This document shows, piece after piece, positions 9,331-16,369 of a stretch of 41,197 nt of DNA. The DNA comes from Gemmatimonadaceae bacterium. GTDB taxonomy: Bacteria > Gemmatimonadota > Gemmatimonadetes > Gemmatimonadales > Gemmatimonadaceae. How positions within the stretch are numbered: position 1 is the stretch's first letter; each line of letters starts with the position of its first letter. The DNA lies in assembly GCA_040902005.1 (NCBI GenBank), contig JBBDYA010000111.1, positions 1 through 41,197 on the forward strand, in the 5' to 3' direction. The notes under the pieces were generated by a model, which worked only from the letters and a program-made list of their open reading frames with translations, was not told where the DNA came from and searched no databases. Both the position numbers and the translations under genes were made by a program.

Positions 9331-9993
9331 TTACGCGGACGAGCTCCGCCCGGCCATCCCGAACATCATGATGCGTGTCGCTTCGTCGAGCAGCGCTTCG
9401 AGGCTCGGCGCCACCCCGTGCGTCTGCCCGTCGAGCGTGAGCATGACGAGACCGTGCAAGGTGGACCAGGTCGTCACAGCCATCAGCCACGGGTCGCCCG
9501 GCCCGACCAGCCCGGCTTCCTGCAGGCGCCGTATTCCCTCGGAGACGAAACCGAGCACTCCGCGCCCCGTCTCCCGCAGTTCCGGCAGGTCCTCCGTGTT
9601 CGCCACTTCCGGGCCAAACATCACGCGATAGAGCGCGGGATTCGCGAGCCCGAACTTCACGTAGGCCACCGCCACCATTTTCAGCCCCAGGCGCGGCGCA
9701 TCCGGCGTGCGCTGCATCTCTGCGAGCATCGCCTGCTCCATGGCCCGGAATCCCTGCGCCGCGACGCCCGCCATGAGCTGCCGTCGGTCGGCGAAGTGCC
9801 GATAGGGCGCCGACTGACTCACCCCCGCCGCCCGGGCCACCGCGCGAAGGGTCAGCCCTTCGATCCCCTCGCGCTGCAGGATCTCCAGCGCCGAAGCGAG
9901 CAGGGCAGACCGTAGGTCCCCGTGATGATAGGCGCGGCTGCGCCCCCGCGGCGCGGAAGCTCCCCCCCCCCGTGGCCGGCGCGAAGATGTCAT
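9331..9993 (-). CDS. TetR/AcrR regulator with WHG-type C-terminal domain
   Basis: YHHGDLRSALL, LTLRAVARAAGVSQSAPYRHF HTH; WSTLHG; start ATG 9993. Confidence 0.9.
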   Translation of the reverse strand: MTSSRRPRGGGASAPRGRSRAYHHGDLRSALLASALEILQREGIEGLTLRAVARAAGVSQSAPYRHFADRRQLMAGVAAQGFRAMEQAMLAEMQRTPDAPRLGLKMVAVAYVKFGLANPALYRVMFGPEVANTEDLPELRETGRGVLGFVSEGIRRLQEAGLVGPGDPWLMAVTTWSTLHGLVMLTLDGQTHGVAPSLEALLDEATRIMMFGMAGRSSSA

Positions 9994-10007
9994 GTGAAAC
10001 AAAGGTA

Positions 10008-10048
10008 ATGTTGACATCGTAAACATTCAATGTTAACGTCGTTCACAT
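10008..10048 (+). promoter_or_regulatory. Two tandem TetR-type operators over a sigma70 promoter for the TonB-dependent receptor
   Basis: ATGTTGACATCGTAAACAT (10008-10026) and ATGTTAACGTCGTTCACAT (10030-10048); TTGACA 10011-10016, 17 bp, then TAACGT 10034-10039 preceded by TGn. Confidence 0.7.
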
Positions 10049-10072
10049 CAACCTCTGGCTGGAGCAGGTCCC

Positions 10073-12616
10073 ATGAGACTTCGAATCGTAATCATTGCCG
10101 GCGCCCTTGGAGCAGGCAGTGTCCTGCACGCCCAGGCACCGGCCTCGCCGGCGCCGGCTTCCGCCACACCCGAGCTGGCCGCGCTGCGAGCCTGCACCGC
10201 CCTGATCGATGCAGGCAAGGGCGCCGAGGCGAAAGAGCCGGGGACGGTGGCCGCATCCCGGTATATGATGCGCGTCGAGCAGAACCCGCGCGACGTCGAT
10301 GCCCTTGTCGGCGCGGCGCGCGCAAAAAGCCAATGCCTGGTCCCCTCAGCCAACTTCCTGGCGCAGGGGGAGCTGTCGAGCGACGCAATGGAGCTGCTCG
10401 ACCGCGCGCTCGATGTCCAGCCGGATCACTGGATGGCGCGCTACGTCCTGGCATCCATCGCGTACCGCTCGCCGTCGTTCCTGGGACGGGGGAAGCGGGC
10501 CGCGAAGGAGTTCGACGAGCTCCTGCGTCAACAGGGCGACCGCACCGACGATCCCAGGTACGCTCGCGTTTTTGCGATGCGCGGGCTGCAGCTGAGTCGC
10601 GCGGGTCAGGGGGACAGCGCCCGCGTCCTGTGGGCGCGCGGCGCCCGGCTCTTCCCGGACGACGCGGAGCTCGGGCAGCTGCTCGCCGAGGTCCCCAAGC
10701 CGAGCGAGAGCGTCGCGCCCAAGCCGGCTGCGGGGAGCACCGCTTCGCCGACGCTCGACGCGGTCCAGGTGAAGGCGACCGCCGGTCCTCGCAAAGCGCC
10801 ACTCCCTTCCATCAAGGACGTGACGCGGTCCCAGGTGCTGCTCACGGCGGGAGGCACCGCGGACGTGCTGCAGTCCGTGCAGATGCAGCCCGGCGCCACG
10901 CGAGTGGGTGAAGGCGGCGACATCTACACGCGCGGCGGCGACGCGAGCGAGACCGCCATTGTGGTCAACGACAGTCGCATCCTCTCGTTGGCGCGCTTCG
11001 AGGGGCTGAACGGCAGCATGTTCGGCGCGATTGAGCCGTTCGTGGTGCGTTCGGTGCGCTATTCAAGCGGCGGGTTCAGCGCGAAGCACGGCAACGCCCT
11101 TTCCGGCGTCCTGGAGATCGAAACTGACGGGCGGCCCATGGAACGACAGACCCGAATCGGCGCAAGTCTGGTGCAGGCCGCCGCCACGTTCCGCGCTCCG
11201 TTCACGCGCAAAGTTGGCGGATGGCTGAGCGGGCGCGTCTCACATACGGGCGCGCTGCTGGAGACGCACGGTCGCTCCGAGGAGTTCAGTGGGGCGCCGC
11301 ACTCCCAGGAAATGATCGGATCGCTGATCGCGTCGCCGACGCCCTTCACGGAACTGCGCGCGACCGCAGTGGTTGAGCGAGACGATTCGCGTCCGTACCT
11401 TACGGCGGCGGGCTGGCGAGGAGCATTCGAAGCCCAGGGCGAAACGCGCGCGTTGCTGCTCTCGTCGCGCTGGATGTCGTCGCGTGCGCCTGTGGTGGTG
11501 CGCGCGAGCGCGGCGGGAAGCAGCCGCTCCAACACATGGGCGTTCGGTGTGCTCGAGCGCGAACGCAGCGAGCGGTCCGCGCGCGCCCGCATCGACGCCG
11601 AGTATCAGGCGCGCCAGTCGCTGATGCTGCGCGCCGGCCTCGAGCAGGGGACGCATCTGCGGGACGAACGCGGCGCGGTGCCGACGACGTCCACGGTCGC
11701 CGAGGGCTCTCCGGTGCGCGTGCTGGACGACGAACGCTCGACCGCGAATCAGGTGGGCGGCTACGCCGAAGCCGAGCTGGCGAGCGGCAGGTTCTCCATC
11801 ATCGCCGGCGGACGCGCCGACCGGCTGCCGGGGGAAAAGCAGGCCACGCTCGATCCTCGGCTGGCGCTCGCCGCGCGGTTCGGTCAGTGGAGCACCCGGT
11901 TGAGCGGAGGCGTGTTCCACCAGGGGCGCTGGCGCGGCGACGCGGCAATTCCGGATGCCGGCACTCCATCGGGGCTCTCCCTCACTGCGCGACATCTCGT
12001 CGCGGGGGTAGAGCGCGAAACGTCCTCGAATCTCCTGCGCGCGGAGGCGTTCTCGAAGCGGTACTCCGACTACCGCGCGTTCGGCGCGGGGCCCGCGATC
12101 GCGGGAACCGACGCGCGCGGCGTGGAGCTCGTCGCGCAGCGGTTGAGCGGAAGCGTCACCGGTTTCGTGGGCTACTCGCTGCTGGACGCGACGTCGCGGC
12201 TGGTGAGCGGTGACCGCGTGCGCGGTTCCTTCGACGTGACGCATTCGGTGACCGCGTCGCTGACGCGGAGTCTCAACGCCGACTGGTCGCTCGGCTCTAC
12301 GCTGCGGTACGGAACGGGCGCTCCTCGAACGCCGGTTCTGGGTGGAACTACGAACGCGGACGGCCGGATTGAACCGGTGTACGGCGCGCTCATGAGCGAG
12401 CGTCTGCCCGCGTACGTGCGCGCCGACGCGCGGATCATGCGGTACGTGCGTCTTCCCGGCGTGCTGCTTACGACGTACGCCGAGGTGCTCAATGTGACGA
12501 ACCGCGCCAACGTCGCGACGTTCACATACAGTCCCGATTACTCGTCGCGCGAGGCCGTACACACCTTCTTCTCCAGGCGGACGGTGGTGATCGGGGGCGA
12601 GTTGATGTTCCGCTGA
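10073..12616 (+). CDS. TonB-dependent receptor with N-terminal TPR-like extension
   Basis: 847 aa; signal peptide; helical/TPR-like ~190 aa; TLDAVQVKA TonB-box-like; plug motifs DVLQSVQMQPG, YTRGGD, SSGGFSAKHGNALSGVLEI; barrel end EVLNVTNRAN...GGELMFR. Confidence 0.85.
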   Translation: MRLRIVIIAGALGAGSVLHAQAPASPAPASATPELAALRACTALIDAGKGAEAKEPGTVAASRYMMRVEQNPRDVDALVGAARAKSQCLVPSANFLAQGELSSDAMELLDRALDVQPDHWMARYVLASIAYRSPSFLGRGKRAAKEFDELLRQQGDRTDDPRYARVFAMRGLQLSRAGQGDSARVLWARGARLFPDDAELGQLLAEVPKPSESVAPKPAAGSTASPTLDAVQVKATAGPRKAPLPSIKDVTRSQVLLTAGGTADVLQSVQMQPGATRVGEGGDIYTRGGDASETAIVVNDSRILSLARFEGLNGSMFGAIEPFVVRSVRYSSGGFSAKHGNALSGVLEIETDGRPMERQTRIGASLVQAAATFRAPFTRKVGGWLSGRVSHTGALLETHGRSEEFSGAPHSQEMIGSLIASPTPFTELRATAVVERDDSRPYLTAAGWRGAFEAQGETRALLLSSRWMSSRAPVVVRASAAGSSRSNTWAFGVLERERSERSARARIDAEYQARQSLMLRAGLEQGTHLRDERGAVPTTSTVAEGSPVRVLDDERSTANQVGGYAEAELASGRFSIIAGGRADRLPGEKQATLDPRLALAARFGQWSTRLSGGVFHQGRWRGDAAIPDAGTPSGLSLTARHLVAGVERETSSNLLRAEAFSKRYSDYRAFGAGPAIAGTDARGVELVAQRLSGSVTGFVGYSLLDATSRLVSGDRVRGSFDVTHSVTASLTRSLNADWSLGSTLRYGTGAPRTPVLGGTTNADGRIEPVYGALMSERLPAYVRADARIMRYVRLPGVLLTTYAEVLNVTNRANVATFTYSPDYSSREAVHTFFSRRTVVIGGELMFR

Positions 12617-12638
12617 GGATGGCCCCTGCCACCAGCTC

Positions 12639-12695
12639 TTGACAGAACCGCCCGTGATGCTAAATACTTAGCAGTCGACTGCTAATATTCCAGCA
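12639..12695 (+). promoter_or_regulatory. Promoter and twin dyad operators for the BlaI-family operon
   Basis: TTGACA 12639-12644; TGCTAAATACTTAGCA (12658-12673) and TGCTAATATTCCAGCA (12680-12695), 22 bp apart; AT-rich in a GC-rich background. Confidence 0.7.
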
Positions 12696-12707
12696 TCAGG
12701 AGGGGGA

Positions 12708-13109
12708 GTGGCCAAGGATTCCGTGGCGGGCCGGCTGGCGCGGCTCAGCCGGCGCGAGCGAGAGATCATGGATGTGCTCTATCGGTGCGGCCGGGCGACT
12801 GTGACCGACGTCATGGACGCCCTCGCGGACCCGCCGAGCTACTCGGCCGTGCGCGCGACCCTCAACATCCTGGTTGGCAAGGAACAGGCGATCCACCGAC
12901 AGGACGGACCGCGTTATGTCTACCTGCCGGTGATCCCCGCGGACACGGCCCGGAGAGCCGCCATCACCCACGTCATCGATACCTTCTTCGGCGGCTCCGC
13001 CGAGGAGGCCGCGGTCGCGCTGCTCCAGATGTCGGATACGACGCTGCCCGCTGGCGTCGTCGCGCGTCTGACACGTGAGGTTCAGAAAGCGCGTAAGGAG
13101 GGCAGATAG
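12708..13109 (+). CDS. BlaI/MecI/CopY-family transcriptional repressor
   Basis: LSRREREIMDVLY, PSYSAVRATLNILVGK, RYVYLP, VIDTFFGGS. Confidence 0.92.
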   Translation: MAKDSVAGRLARLSRREREIMDVLYRCGRATVTDVMDALADPPSYSAVRATLNILVGKEQAIHRQDGPRYVYLPVIPADTARRAAITHVIDTFFGGSAEEAAVALLQMSDTTLPAGVVARLTREVQKARKEGR

Positions 13110-13111
13110 TC

Positions 13112-15211
13112 ATGAGTATTCCAGCAACCCTTGGATCAATGGACGCCGTCGGTTCCTTCGCTCTCCTCGTCACGGCCAAGGCCGCCCTGCTGTATGCGGT
13201 TGCTGCCGGAGTCACGCTGCTCGTGCGCCGCCGTTCCGCCGCGTCCCGGCATCTGATCTGGTCGCTGGCGATCGCGGGCGCGGTCGTGCTTCCGATCGTC
13301 GCTGCCGTCCTTCCAGTCACGCTGCATCTGCGGCCGGCCCGTACCCTCAGCGTCGACGAGCACCGCTTGGTCGACGCGGCGCCTGCATCTCGGGGCGCGG
13401 CCGTCGGCGAACCCGGTACACCGGGCAGCGCGCCGCACGCGGAATCGTCCGTGGCATCCCTCTCTGCCGAGACCGTCGGCACCGTCAAACCATTCGACTG
13501 GGCGTTGGCGCTGCTCGCTCTCTGGCTCGCCGGCGCGCTCGTCCTGTTGGCGCGGTTCATCGTCGGAGCGGTGCGCGTGCACGCCCTCGTGCGGCGCGCC
13601 GCTCCCGCGGCGGACAGCGCGTGGCGCATCAGCGACGAGGTCGCGATGCCGTTCGCGTACGGATTCTTTCGCCCCACCGTTGTCCTGCCCTCCTCATCGC
13701 TCGACTGGAGCCTGGAACGCCGCGAGGCCGTACTGGCTCACGAGCTCGCGCACCTCAGCCGTGGAGATCTTCTCATGAATGCACTGTCGCACCTCGCCCG
13801 CGCGCTGTACTGGTTCAATCCGCTGGCCTGGCTCGCCTCGCACCGGCTGCGCATCGAGAGCGAGCGCGCCTGCGACGACGCCGTCCTGCGACGCGGCGCC
13901 CGAGCCTCGGACTACGCCGATCACCTGCTCTCCATCGCCAGCAACGCGGCGGCGCACCTGCCCGGCGCGGCCCTCGCGATGGCGCGCCGCTCGGCGTTCG
14001 AGGGACGCCTGCTCGCCATTCTCGAGCCGGGTATCGAACGCTCCGCACCCTCGCGCTGGCGGGTTGCCGTCACGACGGCGGTGCTTCTCGTCGTCATCCT
14101 TCCGCTCGCGGCCGCGTCGCCGACCGCGCGCGTCATTGCGATGTCGCCGGCATTACGATTCGTCCCGTCCTCCACCGCGGCCGTCGTTCCCACGGCCTCA
14201 CCCGCGAATGCGCCGGCCGTGCAGGAGCGCGTTGTCGAGGAGCCGGCGCGGCCGGTCACCAACCAGCAGCCGGCGTCCGCGGTGAGCGCGCTGATCGAGA
14301 CCCTTGGCGACGGCAACGCCGCCGTCCGCCTCGCCGTCGTGAATTCACTCGGCTCCCTCAACGATCCCCGGGCCATCGCGGCCCTGGGCAAGGCGCTGCG
14401 CGAAGACATCGATCCGCGCGTGCGCGAGGCCGCCGCCGCGGCGCTCGGCGAGATCGACGACCCCCAGGCCGTTCCGCACCTGCTCGATGCGCTCAAGGCG
14501 GAGCGCGTTGCCGCGGTGCGCGAGCGCATCGTGGAGTCGCTGCGCGAGATCGATGACCCGTCGGCGGTGGCTGGCGTGCTCGCGGCGACGCGCGATTCGA
14601 GTGCCGCGGTCCGCCGCGCCGCCGTATCCGCACTCGGTGAGTTCGAGGACCAGTCAACCGTTGCGGCGATCGCCGCCCTGGCGCGCGACGCTGACGTGGA
14701 GGTCCGGCGCCAGGTTGCCGACGCACTCGGGAATCTCGAGAATCCGGTGGGGCTGAACGCGCTGATCTCCCTGTCGCGCGACGCCGACCCCGAGGTGCGA
14801 GAATCGGCAGTGAGTGGGCTCGGCAATCTGGAGGACACGCGGACGCTCGACGCGCTCGTGGCAGCACTCAAGGACTCGAATGCCGACGTGAGAAGCCAGG
14901 CCGCCGATGCGATACAGAACATCCCGGACCTGCGCCGGGCGCCGGCACCGCTCATCGCGGCGCTCGGCGACACGGATCGCGAGGTGCGTCACAGCGTGGC
15001 GCACGCGTTGGGGTCCATCGGCGACGAAGCCGCCGTGCCGGCACTGAAGAACGCGCTGGCCGACGCCAACGTCGAGGTTCGCCGGGCGGTAGCTGAAGCG
15101 CTCTCGGACATCGGAGGGGTGGAGGCGATCACCGCGCTCATGGGACTGCTCAAGGACCGGGACCCCGAGATCCGGCGCACTGCCGCCGAAGCGCTCGGGA
15201 AAGACAGGTGA
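13112..15211 (+). CDS. M56-family (BlaR1-like) membrane metallopeptidase fused to C-terminal HEAT repeats
   Basis: SAASRHLIW, MPFAYGFFRP, HELAH, YWFNPLAW, ESERACDD; TM, Pro/Ala linker, then ~9 repeats of the L.D.D..VR..AA.ALG.I type. Confidence 0.9.
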   Translation: MSIPATLGSMDAVGSFALLVTAKAALLYAVAAGVTLLVRRRSAASRHLIWSLAIAGAVVLPIVAAVLPVTLHLRPARTLSVDEHRLVDAAPASRGAAVGEPGTPGSAPHAESSVASLSAETVGTVKPFDWALALLALWLAGALVLLARFIVGAVRVHALVRRAAPAADSAWRISDEVAMPFAYGFFRPTVVLPSSSLDWSLERREAVLAHELAHLSRGDLLMNALSHLARALYWFNPLAWLASHRLRIESERACDDAVLRRGARASDYADHLLSIASNAAAHLPGAALAMARRSAFEGRLLAILEPGIERSAPSRWRVAVTTAVLLVVILPLAAASPTARVIAMSPALRFVPSSTAAVVPTASPANAPAVQERVVEEPARPVTNQQPASAVSALIETLGDGNAAVRLAVVNSLGSLNDPRAIAALGKALREDIDPRVREAAAAALGEIDDPQAVPHLLDALKAERVAAVRERIVESLREIDDPSAVAGVLAATRDSSAAVRRAAVSALGEFEDQSTVAAIAALARDADVEVRRQVADALGNLENPVGLNALISLSRDADPEVRESAVSGLGNLEDTRTLDALVAALKDSNADVRSQAADAIQNIPDLRRAPAPLIAALGDTDREVRHSVAHALGSIGDEAAVPALKNALADANVEVRRAVAEALSDIGGVEAITALMGLLKDRDPEIRRTAAEALGKDR

Positions 15212-15921
15212 CCGTCACCAGGCGCTGGCTCATTGCGGGCGTTGTGGCCGGTGGCGTGATTGCCGCGACGGTCGTGGCGCCTTCGGCGCGCGAGCCCGTA
15301 CGCGCGATGCCGGCTGCACCGCCGCAGCGCCCTTCGGCCAGCGACACCGCTGCGGTTGCACGATTCCTCATGGCGGTGCGAGGCGCCGACCCGCTGCTCT
15401 GCGAGCTGGCGGCGCGCAGCGTGGACGGCCGCGGGTGGTGGTCCGGCTGGGGTGGGGGGGGGGGCTCGGCCTCGGGCGCTCCGCTGGAGGTGGATTCCGC
15501 CGCCGCGGCGACCATCCGGCGGGTGCACGACGCTCCCAGCGATGCGCGGCTTGTCCCGCGACTCGCCGCCGGCTTGCGCGACACCGACCGCTGCGTGCGC
15601 CGCGTGTCCGGCTCCTTGCTTGGACGGGTGAAGCATGCCGAGGCGACAGGGGCGCTGCTCTCTGCACTGGACGACACGTCGGCCGAGACACGCGCCGCGG
15701 CCGCGATCGGGCTCGGACTGGCCGAGGAGCAGCGCGGCGTTCAGCCACTGATTCGGCGCCTTCGCGACGCGTCTCCCGACGTGCGGCGGTCGGCGGCGTG
15801 GGCGCTCGGCGCCATCGAGGATCGTGCGGCCCTGCTGCCGCTCATCGAGACGCTGGAGAGGGACACGGACGCACGGGTGCGGCAGGCCGTCGCGTGGGCA
15901 ATCGGCAACGTCACCGGCTAG
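15208..15921 (+). CDS. Exported/membrane-anchored HEAT-repeat protein
   Basis: GTGA overlap with M56 stop; hydrophobic N-terminus; four HEAT-like repeats ending VRRSAAWALGAI, VRQAVAWAIG. Confidence 0.82.
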   Translation: MTVTRRWLIAGVVAGGVIAATVVAPSAREPVRAMPAAPPQRPSASDTAAVARFLMAVRGADPLLCELAARSVDGRGWWSGWGGGGGSASGAPLEVDSAAAATIRRVHDAPSDARLVPRLAAGLRDTDRCVRRVSGSLLGRVKHAEATGALLSALDDTSAETRAAAAIGLGLAEEQRGVQPLIRRLRDASPDVRRSAAWALGAIEDRAALLPLIETLERDTDARVRQAVAWAIGNVTG

Positions 15922-15935
15922 CTCGAAGATTCCTC

Positions 15936-15977
15936 GCCAGCCGTCTGGATCCCGTGCGGGCGATGCGCGCCGAGTAG
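15936..15977 (+). pseudogene. 3'-terminal remnant of an ADOP-like permease
   Basis: Encodes ASRLDPVRAMRAE*, matching the ends of intact permeases here (ATRIDPSLAMRAE*, AAGIDPQVALRSE*). Confidence 0.6.
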
Positions 15978-16052
15978 AGCTCACCTGAGAGAGCGGATCC
16001 GTCGAACAGGATCCGAAGCGACTGCAGTCACCGCGCCGCGCGCCGCCTCTTC

Positions 16053-16199
16053 TCGCCGCGGTGCCTGGCATCGGTGTGCTCTTTCCCGGCGCGGGCACGC
16101 TGCGCGGGATCTTCTCGACGGTCGATTCCACCGGGCGACGTGTGCTCGACCAGGCCGCGTGGGAGGGCGCGATCCAGCAGGTGCTGGCCGCGTGCCGGG
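16053..16199 (+). repeat. 147-bp direct copy of an internal aldolase-gene segment (5731-5877)
   Basis: Base-by-base comparison gives 144/147 identity (differences at 5753, 5800, 5819). Confidence 0.95.
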
Positions 16200-16338
16200 T
16201 AAGCTCCCCTATCGGATAGACAGTTCATCGTAGACTTTCGGGGGTGCCTGACGGGAGGGCATCTCGATGCGAAAGTCGCGGTTCACGGAGTCGCAGATCG
16301 TCGCGATTCTGAAAGAGGGAGAGGCTGGTGTGCCGGTA
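16198..16338 (+). mobile_element. Truncated IS3-family (IS407-group-like) element: left end plus first 24 codons of OrfA
   Basis: End sequence GGTAAGCTCCCCTATCGGATAGACA; GGAGGG RBS; ATG 16267 MRKSRFTESQIVAILKEGEAGVPV, after which similarity is lost. Confidence 0.8.
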
Positions 16339-16369
16339 TCCAGCACGCGGCGCGGCGATGCAATGCGTT

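Noticed and set aside
7304..9631. 775-aa plus-strand ORF and many other long antisense or alternative-frame ORFs
   Set aside because: Shadows of real genes in high-GC DNA; Arg/Ala/Pro-rich with no motifs
14270..15200. ~93-bp periodicity as a DNA repeat array or CRISPR
   Set aside because: Explained by 31-aa HEAT repeats; no identical repeats with unique spacers
15996..16017. CGGATCC-N8-GGATCCG hairpin as an intrinsic terminator
   Set aside because: No U-tract on either side; function unsupported
14989..16131. 380-aa minus-strand ORF sharing its start with 5324-5809
   Set aside because: Similarity comes only from the 147-bp duplication read antisense
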